From NCBI GenBank assembly GCA_973895155.1, contig OZ316894.1, positions 20,528,451 through 20,592,450 on the forward strand: a stretch of 64,000 bases of DNA. Reading direction: 5' to 3'. Shown piece after piece: positions 12,811 through 25,969 of the stretch (position 1 is the first letter of the stretch; the number at the start of each line of letters is the position of its first letter). The notes under the pieces were generated by a model, which saw nothing but the letters and a program-made list of their open reading frames with translations, was not told the DNA's origin and searched no databases. The DNA is from Marsupella aquatica (Eukaryota; Plantae; Marchantiophyta). A program made the translations under genes and the position numbers.

Positions 12811-13792
12811 TAACTACTAGTGCTCTGAAAGATCTTTCCAATGAGACTGATAAAGTTAAAAATTTATTACAAATTGAGAGACCTACAAATATCCACACAT
12901 GAGTATCTCTTTTTCTTGCCACATTTCACTTATAGTGTAATAAGTTAATAGTGTATAACTATTTTGGATCCACAAATTAATAAGTTTTGGATCCACAAAT
13001 TAAAATAGACACTATTCCCTAGCCGAGTTATCTATAATAAATAAAATATAAATATAATTATGAGTGATCTATTTTGTAACTGTTACTCTTTTTCTAAACA
13101 AATAAAGTATCTTTCTATAGTATGAAGACTTATTTTATTTTTGGGTTATTTTAAAGCAGTGGTTGGTCCATTGCAACCTTAGATCAGAAATGGTGGTCGG
13201 TCCCAGGGTAGAGACCATTTTCAAGTTTTTCAAGATTTGGACAGTTCATGCATTCTCCAGGAAGCCACTGAGTGACTCTGCATGAATCTAAATCTTTATC
13301 ATAATTTGCAATCCAAATCTGCAGTTCATGATCTATTCCGTACAGTGAAGCCATAATTAGGCCATAAGTCATAGGAAAATGAGATATTTAGACTATATTT
13401 GTGAGTATGAAGCTGCATGGGAAGTCTGGGAGGGGGAAGTCCTTCCTGTGCATAGGCATGGGTATTTACGCTAACATAGAATCTGTGACAAATTGTAGAG
13501 GCTAGCCAACTTCAGTTGCAACCTTATGCTGCTGAGGACATATGGGTTGAACCATTTGGGGATCATGCCCAAGATTGAAGATTATTCAAGAACTTTGTCA
13601 AGTGAAGCTGTACACACGAAATTACATAAGGTGCAGCCTGTTTTAGTGTGTACGCCTTCACTTGACATATTATTAGAAATCAGAGAAAGTTGAAATTTGA
13701 AAGTTCTAGTCAAAATTTTCAATTTAATCACTTGACTAAACCTTAGAAATGAAGAATGCTGGTTCATTTTGCTCAACTGAAAATGGAATCTA

Positions 13793-13968
13793 CTTAAACC
13801 ACAACTGCCCTTCAAAAGCTACGGGTTACCCATAGTTACCATTAAATGAAGATTTTTCCTGAAATTGTGGAGCAAACTGGCATGCTAGAGGAGCAGAGTG
13901 ATGAAATGTGGAAAAAAAGAGGGAGGTCTTGGACACTTCCCCTTATGTACGGCAAGTTGTGGTTTAAG
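13793..13968. mobile_element. MITE-like element (~176 bp) with terminal inverted repeats
   Basis: CTTAAACCACAACTGCC (13793-13809) and GGCAAGTTGTGGTTTAAG (13951-13968) are inverted copies. The ends can be read as a TTAA TSD plus ACCACAAC TIRs. One end recurs at ~50766-50890. Confidence 0.6.
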
Positions 13969-16900
13969 AACAATTTTCCCAGGAGCCCCGACTAGTTCCA
14001 CTGGCACTTGATGCTACAGAACACCAGGAAATGTAACTGAGACAGGCTAAAAGAGGGAGGTAGACCATTTTATAGGTCACATTTACCCAAAAGTGGCAGT
14101 GTTCTATCCTAGTTGATTTCAGAGTTTTGAGCGTGATTGCCCATTGGGGTTTTGCCAGTCAATCTGGGCATGACAACGTCTCAGCTTTGGTTTTGTATTG
14201 TATGGATATACCTTCAATGTACATACAGTTGGATTTGCAACGTTGGAGGTAACAATTGACTTATAAATTACCGTCATAGCTAGGACACACAAAGAAAGAT
14301 ACCAAGATTAAGGTAATCTATTTACATATAATGAAGGGCTGACACGTTGTAGCTCTGTCTTGAGATCTTCGCATTTCTATTATTGCAAAATTTTACAGGT
14401 CAGTACAAATTTGCATCAGCGATACAAATGTAGAGTGAGCATGCTTGGAATTGAAAACTTTCAAGTGTTGCCTGGTCAGAGTTGTGAGGTATATGCTTGA
14501 TGGGGCCTCTAGGCGGATATTCCTTGATTGAAAAAGTACAACGTTTCATTTGTCACAATGTAGACAGTGATAAGAAATTCTGTACCATTAGTTACCTACA
14601 GTTCTTGCGTGATAGGAAATCACAAAGTGAGCCTTACCAGTCTCTGTGGTAACTGCACAGTGCACCAAGCGATAGTCCACCATGCTCATACCCGAGCTCA
14701 TACCCAGTGCTAGCAACACACTCAACCAGGGGCAAGTGTGTCTTCACGGAGTACCTACTCTCAAATAGGATAGGGTTTTCTATGAAGTCAGTCTACCATA
14801 TCTTTGTTTACTTTTTGAATTATTTTATAATTCACCAAGTAATTAGGTTATGCCAGAGGCATAATCTAATTACTTCCATAGTACTAGGTAGGCTTTAGCA
14901 GACTATGATAACACTAGTTGAAACTCCTTAATATACTAATTGTTACAAGAAAATCTGACACAAAAGCATCAAAGGGGACCTACTGTAGTTTGTAACAAAA
15001 GTTTTGTAAGGACCTATCACATAATTTTGTGTTGGCAGGGATATGAAGCCTATACCTCTGTCCCACTGTCATGGGTTTTGTCAGAGTTTTAGTTTTGTCG
15101 CACAATGTCTTCCTTTTGCTCGACCTACTTGGCATAAGTTCATTTAGGAGGTAGGAGTTTAGGAAGTGGAGGCTGAGGTTGAGGCAATTCAATGAAATGT
15201 TTGGCAGAGGGGCATTGTAATTGAAAGGCAGGAAAGAAGTAGGGGGCACAGATTGATCCCACATTTCAGTCCTTGTTTACACATGACATTTTAAAATTAG
15301 TCACTATGTTGGATTTCATGATGACAAGAATGTGGCATTCACATGGCACTTACTACCTCAATTTTTGGGATTCTCAATCATGGAGTAGCAATATACTTTG
15401 AGGACAGGTAAATGGCCAAAAAATGATTTTAGACGAGACCATGAACTGCTCTCTTCACATGAAATCCGGCACACTGTCCCCTTTTAAGTAAAATAAATAA
15501 ATAGTCTCGATTTGTGTATACCTTTTGTAGCATGTAAGTTAATTTTGGCGATTCTGCTCCGCTTCCAGAATACTTTGTGCTCGTAGCGATCCATCAAGGT
15601 TCATTCTGGATTCTCCGGTATTGACAATTTATTCGTGAATATAATTTCCTTTTCGAGACAGTTATATATAATAAATGGTTATGTCACCTAATTGGCTAAT
15701 TGACTCTCGCGTACCGTACATGCCGGCCGACACTTCGATAAATGCGTATGACCGTGCCGATGGAACAACGTTACGGCCATTATTAAGGAATGAGGCTGTT
15801 GGCCCTACCGTATCCAGTGGAGGAGTTTACGAACTGTACTTCTGTATGGTTATCGACTGGGGACGGTGGTCCGGAACAGGTCTGGTACCGAACGGCTAGC
15901 GTAGATTCCACCGTTTCTACCGCGCGCGCGCTCTTAGCTCGGCATCGGCGTGAAGTACCCCGCAGTCGCAGTCGCAGTCGCCTTCTCGCTGTCGTGCGAA
16001 GAGCAGGCTGGTCCCAGCGATCTCACACCGTACTGAAGGGACTGCAGACAGATCATCATCTTCATATTTTTTAGGACTCTTTCAATCTTTCAGCACATAA
16101 GAACAAGTTTAATAGTAGTTTGGTCTGTTTTAGTGTTTGGTCTATTATACTATTTTGTGCCCTCGCCACAGCTCGACATCTTTGGTAAAAGTGGCCATTG
16201 TATTGGGTTATCCGTAGCAATTGACTGAATGGAAATATTTTGTTCATAAAAAACATCAAGAGAAATGGTATGGAAGGAGGCAATGGATGTTTTTGGATAC
16301 ATACATGCCCAAAAGAATAATTATATTGGGTTCTATGCATGCTTTTTAGTGGCTAATTTCTACCCAACAATTACTTAAAATTTGGGGCCACCAATACAAA
16401 TAAAAGTATGTGAGATTTTATGATCTCAAACTGATGCTAGTAATATGGGACCGGCCCCCAACTCTTTGAATAGCAGTTGATTACTCAACACTCAATTTAA
16501 AGAACTCCAGGTTCATTAAATTTTTCATCAAATAAAGTGATTGTGGGGCAGGGCTAGGGTTTTTGATTAGTGGCACAAAGGAGCCAAACTCCACCCCACT
16601 GAACAGTCTTACCCCCGGTCTTACCACCCCCGGTGGCCAGTTTTCCACCGGACTGACTCCAATAGCAGAAATCTGGAAGTTATCCTTAAATCCGGTGAGA
16701 TCTCCAAAATCAATCTATTAAAATGACATGGAGAATCTTCTTAGCATTTCTCCTTCACACAAGGTGACATTAGCCACCCTGGCGAAACAGGAAAAACCTT
16801 CAAACTTACGCTGTTGGCCACCCTTAAATTCTAAAAAGGGGATTGAACGAGGGAGAGCAGGAGAGCACGGGGGACAGCATGTTTCCATGCCGATAAGCAG

Positions 16901-17869
16901 GAGGATTGAACGGGACGGAGAAGATACGACAACGAAGTAGAGGATAAACGCACAGGAGGAACAGCATTGACAGGTAATGACGTAACGTGACCTGTTTCTC
17001 TGTGAATTGGCCCCCAATGAGGCAGCCAGCAAAGACAGGGAAGTACGCCGTGCGTTGGTGAGCATGCGGAAAGGAAATTGGTGCACATTCCGACTCGACC
17101 GAGGCTTCATGCTTTCCTGTAACGATGATGTTCAGATGGGTTTCGACATTGGTCCTCCGGCGATGGGCTCGGCTCGTAGCCGGCACTCCCTTCTTCCCTC
17201 TTCTCCGCATGCGTTCCTCTTGCTGGACTCCGCATTCTGGACTCTGGATAGTCTCGCCCTCCAATCCTGCTAGAGCTCTCCGCTCCGCTGATCGAGGACT
17301 GGTGCACTGTGGAGCTACTTCGGGGCAAGCCAGATGCCATTGCTGAGCTTGGTTGATCATGATGAGCATTCCTTGTTTTCGGAGTGGGGACCCGTCACCG
17401 GAGCGACAACTTGGAAAACCGAAGCTGTCAGTCCGGCTTCGACTTCGTATTTTCGTCACGTTCCCCTCAGCAGATCGATTGACGATGTATGCAGACCAAA
17501 GTACCGCAACGACTTTTCGAGTTTAGCTTATGAGTTGCGTTTTGGAGGTACGGGATCGACCTTCGACCTCGCCAGGTCAAACAGACCGAGTAGGACTCCA
17601 ATTTCCGAGTCCGATGTAATATCGATCAGGTCGTAAAGTCGAAGCATGTAACGAGGATCTGGGCATGTCGACGTCGACGAAGGAAGTGGGTGACGAAATC
17701 ATTACGGAAAACTAGAAAGGTTGTGCTTATCTAAGCCGAATGAGGGTCGAGGACAAAGGGGGTCTGTCTCGAGACAGAAGGATGAACGATCCTATCTTCA
17801 AGATTCATCTGCTGTCTGTAGGGATTTAGCACTAAGGAACCAGTTGTTGCTATCATTGGTGTTACAGGG

Positions 17870-20782
17870 ATGAAAGGAGGCAAACTGAGCAAAGTAGTAC
17901 AGCGGTTGTCGATCTCCGTAGCGCTGCTCGCATTGTTTCGACTGTCTCTAGCAGTGAATCTCCCCTCTAATGAAGAACTTCACGCTCTTACAGATTTGGC
18001 TGGCACAAACGCAGCCGCAGCTGTGAAAGGCACTCTGGAAACCTGGAGATTCGTGTGGGCCGACAACGGAACTTGGATAGGAGGCAATCCTTGCACTGGG
18101 TTCAAGGGCTTGAAATGCTGGAGCAAGACGAGCCATCTGAGAGTGCTCAATGTAACATCTGCGGGTCTTCAAGGACCTATATCGCCGGCGTTTGGGAATC
18201 TCACTGCGTTGAACGAGCTGACTTTAGCGGAGAATCAGCTGTCTGGTGACATTGCACCCGTCCTAGCAACGCTGACCTGGATGAAGACATTAAGGCTAGA
18301 AGGAAACAATTTGACAGGATCCTTGTCCAATTGGGTTAAAAACATGCAACTTCTGGAAGTGTTGAAGCTGGAAAGGAACTCCCTAAATGGCAATATTTCA
18401 ACTGGAGTCTTCACTAACCTAACACGCCTGACGATCGTTGACATGTCAAACAATTCTCTTTCAGGAGCTATCCCGGACGACCTCGTCAGCGTTCCTTCAT
18501 TGCTGGTCCTGTTGTTGGGAGGGAATAACTTCACCGGGACAGTGCCGCCGTCTCTATCAAACTCGAGTCTCATTATGGTGGACCTGTCCGGCAATTCCTT
18601 GACAGGCAATCTGTCAAGACATTGGAACATGCCTAACTTAACATCTCTGGATCTCTCAGGAAACAATCTTTCGGGTCCCATCCCTCAGCAGTTGCTCAAC
18701 CTAAACGCGGGGAACTTCAAGCTGAATCTAGCGCAGAACAATTTCGTTGGGAATGTCTCAACAAACTATTCGAGTAAGTTCGGATGCAATGCGTTTGCTG
18801 GAAATCCAAGCCTGATTATGGAAGATTCGAAGTGCAACACAAGTAAAGCAACTGTCATCGGCCGGCCACCGGCCATAACGCCACCCTCTGCTGAGACAAA
18901 AACTACCAAGGGCTTGAGCGCGCTCACAATTGTGGCACTGACAATCGGAGACGTTGCTTTGCTGGTGATGTCTGTCGTTGGATTTGTGCTGTTCGGCATA
19001 TGGTGGAGAAAGAAGGACCAGGACGGCGGCGATAATAAGCTGTATACCGCGTGGCCAAGTGCAAGCAAGGGTGATATCCCTTGGCCATCTGCAAGCAAGG
19101 GCGATCTCTATAGTAAAGACACTAGCGTAGTCACTGGAGGCTCAACATCTAGTGGAGCTCTTTCAGGTTCAGTCACCGAGGCGAGATCCAGCTTTGCAAC
19201 AAAGCCAGAAGTAAAACCTGCCCTCAAATCTGTAGTCGGAATTATGGCTGATCCCGGGAAGTATGACATGACGGCAGACCGTAGCATCAGCCATTCGTTC
19301 AGCTGTACTGACTTTGGATCTAATATCGTGATTCTCGACACGACATTGACGCTCGAGTTCGACGATCTTTTGCGCGCAAAGGCCTTGGTATTGGGAGCTG
19401 GCAGCCACGGTGTCGTGTATATGGCGTGTCTGGACGACGGAGAAATGCTTGCGATCAAGAGGATTGAAGAACTGGCCCTTGCTGACGAACATGCTTTTGG
19501 CAAGCAGTGCGAGCAACTTGCAGAAGTCTTGCACCCGAACTTGCTGCAACTGAGAGCGTACTGCTGGTCGCCCCAAGAGAAGCTGCTCGTCTCCGACTAC
19601 ATGGGGAATGGCAGCGTGTACGCTCTGCTTCACGGTAATTGAAGCTGCTTGACTTTCTCACGTAACAGTTCACTCTCTTGTCTGTCATTTATTTTATATT
19701 GACTTAGTCATAATGTCAATCAGTTTTCTCGCTCGTGATAAAGCTCAGTCCGAGCACAACATCAACTAGAAGTTTGCATCAACCCCGTCAGGATAGGGTT
19801 AGCACATGAATTTAAGCATTTGCTAGACCCGTCCTTTGGCCTTCATTGACGGTCTGCAGAATTGAAGTAGCTTGATTAAATTTGCAGCTGCCGGCGAATT
19901 GAAGCGACCAATTCGTTAGTCTGCAAGTGAAGCAACGTACTACCGTATACATGATTCAAACTCGAATAAGTTCAATCCATTTAACATTATCACTTTATCT
20001 GAAGTAGAGCTCGTTTGTTGCCTACAACTGTTCTTGCAGAAGGGAAGGGCTCTCCAGAGAAATTGAGTGTCGACTGGGCTACGAGGCTTAAGATCGCCGT
20101 GGGCACGGCGAGGGCCTTGGCACATTTACACGATAGTGATATGGTTCATGGGAATATCAAAGCTAGCAACGTGCTGCTCGACGGGCAGTTTGAGCCCCGA
20201 GTGTCAGACTTCGGGATCGAGGCGCTGCTGCAGAAGCCTCTGCGGAAACACTCTGCTGCAAGTGACGGATACCTGGCGCCAGAATTGTGCGCTTACAAGA
20301 CCCACCGTAGGACTCAAGACGGCGATGTTTACAGCCTTGGGGTGTTTCTCTTGGAGCTGCTGACAGGGAAGAAGCCCGTGGAAAGCAGCGTGGCTCTGCC
20401 AGTATGGGTCCAGGAAATGACATTGGCCAACAGGACGGTGCAATTGTTCGACCCAGCTCTAACATCAATGCATGTACTTCCAGCGCAAGATGTTCTGGAG
20501 TTTTTGGAGTTAGCTCAGGCCTGCGTCGCCACAGACGCAGCCGCGCGACCGAGTATAACAATTGTGCTCAGGACCTTAGAGTCCATCGTGCCAGGCTCAA
20601 CAGCTCCTCGATCATATGTGAAGGATGACAACATTGACAGTGATATGTCACTCCGTGAAACGGCAGATACCCCAATTTTGCCGGCGTTCGCCGTACCTGT
20701 TGAGGATGGTGACGAATACCATGATGATAGTGATGCTGCATCGCACAGCGAGGTTGCAAGCACCAATCCATTCTTGCCCTGA
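17870..20782 (+). CDS. LRR receptor-like kinase, LRR-III-type probable pseudokinase, 2 exons
   Basis: Exon 1 17870-19634 and exon 2 20040-20782 (phase-1 GT-AG intron, join H-E-G-K). Signal peptide, Cys pair (NPC..LKC), ~8 plant LxLSxNxLSGxIP repeats, TM helix ending WWRKK. Kinase motifs FDDLLRA..LGAGSHG, AIKR, HGNIKASN (HRD Asp replaced by Asn), SDFG and GYLAPE. Confidence 0.93.
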
Positions 20783-23314
20783 TTCCTTGTACCAGAGACA
20801 GATCAGGCAAGACCAGCAGATTCGTCTGCAATTAGTGGGAGTGCAGTTAATTTCTTCGAATGGCAATTTGTATTCCAACGTCTCAACTCCTGTCACCTCC
20901 CCATTCGTATCGATAACGGTTGGAGCCTCTCCATTCGTATCGATACGAATGGAGAGGTCGATTCACATGCACAGTGGGCCGGGTCAGATGTGAACTTCAA
21001 GTACCACGTCGCAAAGGTCACACATCTCTGGCAGACTAAATCCTGCTGGCAACATTCATCTTCAACAAATTGTGGTAATTACACACTGTTGACGGCGTAC
21101 ATCCAATGCATCTGTCGATTTATCGACCACAGGACTGCACGGCAACAATTTTTCTCGAAATAAAAAAGCTCACGAGATCAAATCGTTCATCGGAGCTTCA
21201 ATCTACGGCTTGAGCTACGAACTTCAATCTTGGGTCCTGGGATTTTGTTTGCTTTCTCGAGCGGTTCAATTCAAATGAAAGTTAGGGGTCGAGCTTCTAG
21301 GTCCTTTAGGGGAATTATTTCTGGTTACACTCGTCGCCAATTTTGAAACGCAACTTTGTGCTCATTTTAATGAATAATAAACGTTCATTTTGATGAACCT
21401 ACTCCATTTGGTTTCAGAAATCTGAATATCATCAGTTTGCACAACCAGCTCAAATATGTTCCTCCGTCGACTTTAGGAGCATGTATATATGAGTACTTTG
21501 ATAGCTCAACGTTTGCAAAGTGCAGGCTCATTTAGTATTCTGTAGACCTCGCGGTAATGGCTGCAAAGCTTTAAGCGGGTAAACTACGGTACTGCGTCTT
21601 GACATTGCCTCCCTCCATTCATAATAATTGTGAAGATTGTCCCCGTCGATGGGATTACTTCCTGCACTACCAGTTGGCAATCATGCGATGTGGATACAAT
21701 TCAATTCACTAGACGGACGGTTTCTCTGCTACATTCTGGCTCAGCTGGCAGAACGAGAACGTGTGGTTCAATGATTTGTCCTTCCGTAGTTTTCTTGGAT
21801 TTGGACTCGATCCATTACGCAATTTGCTGGAAACTGATAAAAGGCCGGCGAGATAATTACTAGACGTTTGAAAGTCATCCTCATTACCAAGTACCTGGCC
21901 GGACTAATACTGCAGAAGCCAGCATTTGACCCCCGATTTGATCACGTCAAAATCCTGACCATGGACGTACGGTACTTTGATCCTTCACAAGGTAGAAGAC
22001 GCCCGCACACTGTAGATCTGTGATTATTCTTACCGTATCTAAAAGTCCTAGGGTCTACAATGAGATGCGCCAGCATTTTATAAACTAGCTATCGCCGGGG
22101 CTATTGCTGTGTCTTTGATCCTATTGTTCTTTCCAGTATTCTTTAATTGATCAGAGATTGATCATCATGAGTGTATTCTGATCGTTCCCGGTGGAGGGCC
22201 GTAGTTCCAATGGTTAGAGCATTAATTCCTGCCGTTTTAGTTAACTATCACGTTTCTACGTTTTCTACTTCATGCCAGTCATTCAAGAATGACCCTGGGT
22301 TTGCTTGTTTTGAACAATGCGTGTGCTATTAGTTTGACAAGTAGAATCAAATCGCATTTGTCGAGGCTCTCAGATCAGGCTTGGTGATTTCCTGTCATGA
22401 GCGCTTAAGACAAATCTTCATCTGAGTACGTAGAAGTTACGTAGAAGTGCGGTATGTACTTGCTAAGAATTAGGTCAACCTGTAGTTTTCATTGACAAAA
22501 ATAGTTAAATATGGGGGTATAGACCTAACCATCTGAGCCAATAGCGAATCTGAGCTGAGACGGGGAATGAATCAATCCGAGTCAATTGAACATGTCACGG
22601 ACAAACTTAGGACTTACGCTAATAAGTCTCACACACCATGCCATTCAGCAAGTTTCGTACTTCGTCAGATCAATCGACTCGACATGATCTGTGGCTATCG
22701 ATTTATAGTTAAACCGTCGACTGCGCCAACCGATCCGTCAAGATTGTGGATTCTCCGATCTAACCAGCCTCGCTCAATGCCAGGACTCTGCGACTGATTG
22801 ACATTGATTTGTTACCACTCTCTATCGACATTACAACTTTGAAAGCTCTTATGTCTTTCATGCATGACGTCGGTGAAGAGCAGCCAGACGATTCAAAGTT
22901 CCGACTGAAATTCCTGTTTGACTTTCTATTGCTTCGACTTTTCGTAGACGAAGATAGATTCGCTAGGTACCGGATCGAGGAACAATTTCTGATTTCGGTT
23001 ATACTCCGGTCGGCTACTGTTGGCATCCCAGTTGTGGATCCCGAGGTAAAGCAGCTGGAGACCTGGAGCAAGTTGATCCCGGAAACCAGCGAAAGAGACA
23101 GTCTGCTAGACTGGGCAAAGCTGGACTGATCCCATTGCAATGAATCTCGCGATCATGTCATGTGGATGCGGCTCGCCACAAGCATCGCCCACTATGGCGG
23201 TCATGACACACATGTTGTAAGTGAGACTTTGAAAACTTTACAGTGTGTAGATTGAAGAGTACAGAGGCAGTAGCTTACGTCAGTTGCCGTCATACACGCC
23301 GGTCTTTCTTCTAG

Positions 23315-23664
23315 CTAATGTAACTCCGACTACATCCGATCCGGTCATGTACGCAGTGACAGTTACTGGATAGGGATCGACCGACTCGACCGACTCGCGC
23401 TGCTATTGATGCCTGATGTCCAGACGAACAAATGAAGAATATTGACCAAGAAACAGTGACTAAACTTTGTCCTCCATTCAATTCAAGGGTACCTAATGTA
23501 ACTCCGACTACATCCCGTCATGTACGCAGTGACAGTTACTGGACAGGGATCGACGAACGCGACCGACTCGCGCTGCTATTGATGCCTGATGTCCAGACGA
23601 ACAAATGAAGAATATTGACCAAGAAACAGTGGCTAAACTTTGTCCTCCATTCAATTCAAGGGTA
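23315..23664. repeat. ~178-bp direct tandem duplication
   Basis: CTAATGTAACTCCGACTACATCC...CCATTCAATTCAAGGGTA at 23315-23491 and again at 23493-23664, near-identical. Confidence 0.9.
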
Positions 23665-24649
23665 TTTTTTGCATCAAGCTTCTGTAGCCAGCAAGCCTCC
23701 CTTCTCACTGTAGATATAAGCGAAGAAAGGTAAGGTTGGTGGTTCGTCAAGGAACGTCACGACTAGAGCAAACGTCGCGTGCTCTCACCTACCATGCAAT
23801 GGAAGAGTTACAAAGGGATAAGAAATTTCGATTGGTCAACCTTAGCTGGACGACTCATTGGAATTCTGGATTTCTGGCTGGAATGGTTGCTTTGCTAGCT
23901 GCATTTGGCACATCTTAGCCGGTTGAAACTAGTCACCCATTTTCACAATGAGTCGCATTTTAAAATCATTTAGTCCACCGATCGGGAAGGCCATCGATCA
24001 AGGCTGTTGTGTCCAAGCTTGCCAAAGTCCAATTTTGCAACTTGCTTCCTCCAGATTTGCCCCGGGGGAGACTAAGATTGAGTCTACGTGCGCGCTGATT
24101 GTTGCGATTCTAACAAATATCTCGTGCAGGAAGGTACGGGAATTGATGAATGATTCAAAGGTCAAGTGTGCACACGTTGTTGGAAGACTGTCGGACAGGG
24201 TTTGACCTTGAACTCGGATTGATTCATTCCCCGTCTCAGCTCAGATTCGCTATTGGCTCAGAAATGATAGATGGAACTTACACTGATCGATGTATCTCCA
24301 TATTCAGCAAGAACGATGCAACCGCATCATCGCTCATAGCCAGACATCGATCGACCAGGTGACATTTTGCAGCTCGTATTTTAGTGGACAACGACTTACC
24401 AACAGAGCGCCAAAAGCTGTCAATAATCTTACCTCGATCAGTCTCCGACTCGGTAGCAGGGTGCGGGCCTAAAACCGGTCCAGATGGTCTAAGTACAGTT
24501 TGTGATGACCAACTGGCCTGTAAGACCTCTTCTGAATTGGCTCATTATTTTCATCTATTTCAGGTCTCATCGATGTGCTTATTAAAGTGAAGTGCTCCAA
24601 ACACGAGACGTATGACAGTGTTATACCACTTCGTTGTAGACAACTTATA

Positions 24650-25870
24650 AAAAAACTCTCAAGGACAAGATAAACTAGAAAATTCCTGAAGGTTTGAAGA
24701 CGAGGATTGCGTATCTAGTAATTCGACCATTACCGCAACCCATATAAATTTGACCACGTCTTTCGGCCTCAAATTGGCCACGCCCAAACTTGCAGCATCG
24801 AGACAATCTGAGCCATTAATTCGAAGAAAGTTAGAAAGCTCATAGCACATAGTCTCGTTTGGTTTGAGAGGTTGCGCTTAGGACCTTGGCTTTTCCTCGT
24901 GAACCCTAGTCCACCTACACCACAAGACCTCACAGGTCTCAAAAGAAATTTTCCTCCAAACAAATCTCCAAGACATGCAGGGATTCCTGTGACAAGGTAT
25001 GTAGAATGGTAACGCTTCATCCCCGGAGGACTACTTTGGGGCCAGACAAGATGACATTTGACAGTTTTCCTGTAGAATATTATATGAGGCCGACGAAATG
25101 TGCAAATACCACATCCCAAGCTTTATAAAATTTAAGCAGACGAGCTCCCTGATTAACAGTGAAAAGGACTCATTCAACATACGTCAGGAGCAAAATGGAG
25201 ACAGGTAAGTACCTCGTAGTGAATGAGCTTCAATGTGTGGTCGGGTCGGCAGTCCTTACTGAGATTGTCCGTCAAGGACCACAATTACAGATACAATTTT
25301 GCTGTTCTACAATCCCATGTGGATGGCTTGTATATTCGGGTGGCTTGTATATTCGGGTCTTTCCTGACCATGGAGGCACGGTGACAAAAAATGTGCGAGG
25401 CGATATGTATAACCCGACCAATGTAACAACGCTATCCCCAACCTGGTGAATGTCATCCTCTGCATCCAGCAATTAATCTGTCGTGCGTACTCTGTTCTAA
25501 ATTAAGTGGCACTTCTCCTGGGGGTCTTAATCTGTCAAACTTACTGGCACTTCTCATGGGGGCCTTAATCTCTCGCTTATTCTGTTGTAAATTTACTGGC
25601 ACTTGTCATGGGGTCTGTAATTAGTTTTTGAGTAGAACACCTGTCACAGTCTCTATCCTTTTTGATGTTCTTTGGCACTTTTGTAATTTGGAAGTGATAT
25701 ATTTTTGAGTAAGGTGGTATAAGTTGGAGAAACATTTAAGAAGCTGTTTAATTTGTACTTCACTCCCTTCCTGAATTTTCTCCTAATTTTGAGGGCATTT
25801 ATGGAGAAAAAATGCACATGTCCAAGACATGTGATGCATTTTCAAGACATTTGTGGAGAAAAATGGAACT
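24650..25870 (+). repeat. Segmental repeat block A, copy 1
   Basis: Shares anchors (AAAACTCTCAAGGACAAGAT, GTTAGAAAGCTCATAG, AAAATGGAGACAGG..TACCTCGTAGTGAATGAG, AATGTCATCCTCTGCAT) in the same order with 33170-34400 and 39950-40990. Confidence 0.85.
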
Positions 25871-25969
25871 TGATCATGAGTTCTGATTCTTCCCCTTGAT
25901 TAATTGAAGCACACTGGAGCTAACTGAGTGACTATTTCAGCATAGGACATAACGGGTTAATAAAATCCT

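Noticed and set aside
13030-13050. TCTATAATAAATAAAAT resembling a Helitron 5' end
   Set aside because: No convincing 3' hairpin plus CTRR end or second copy found.
16718-17636. Cluster of ORFs upstream of the RLK
   Set aside because: No recognisable motifs; GC-richer promoter/leader DNA gives chance ORFs. uORF function cannot be supported without a TSS.
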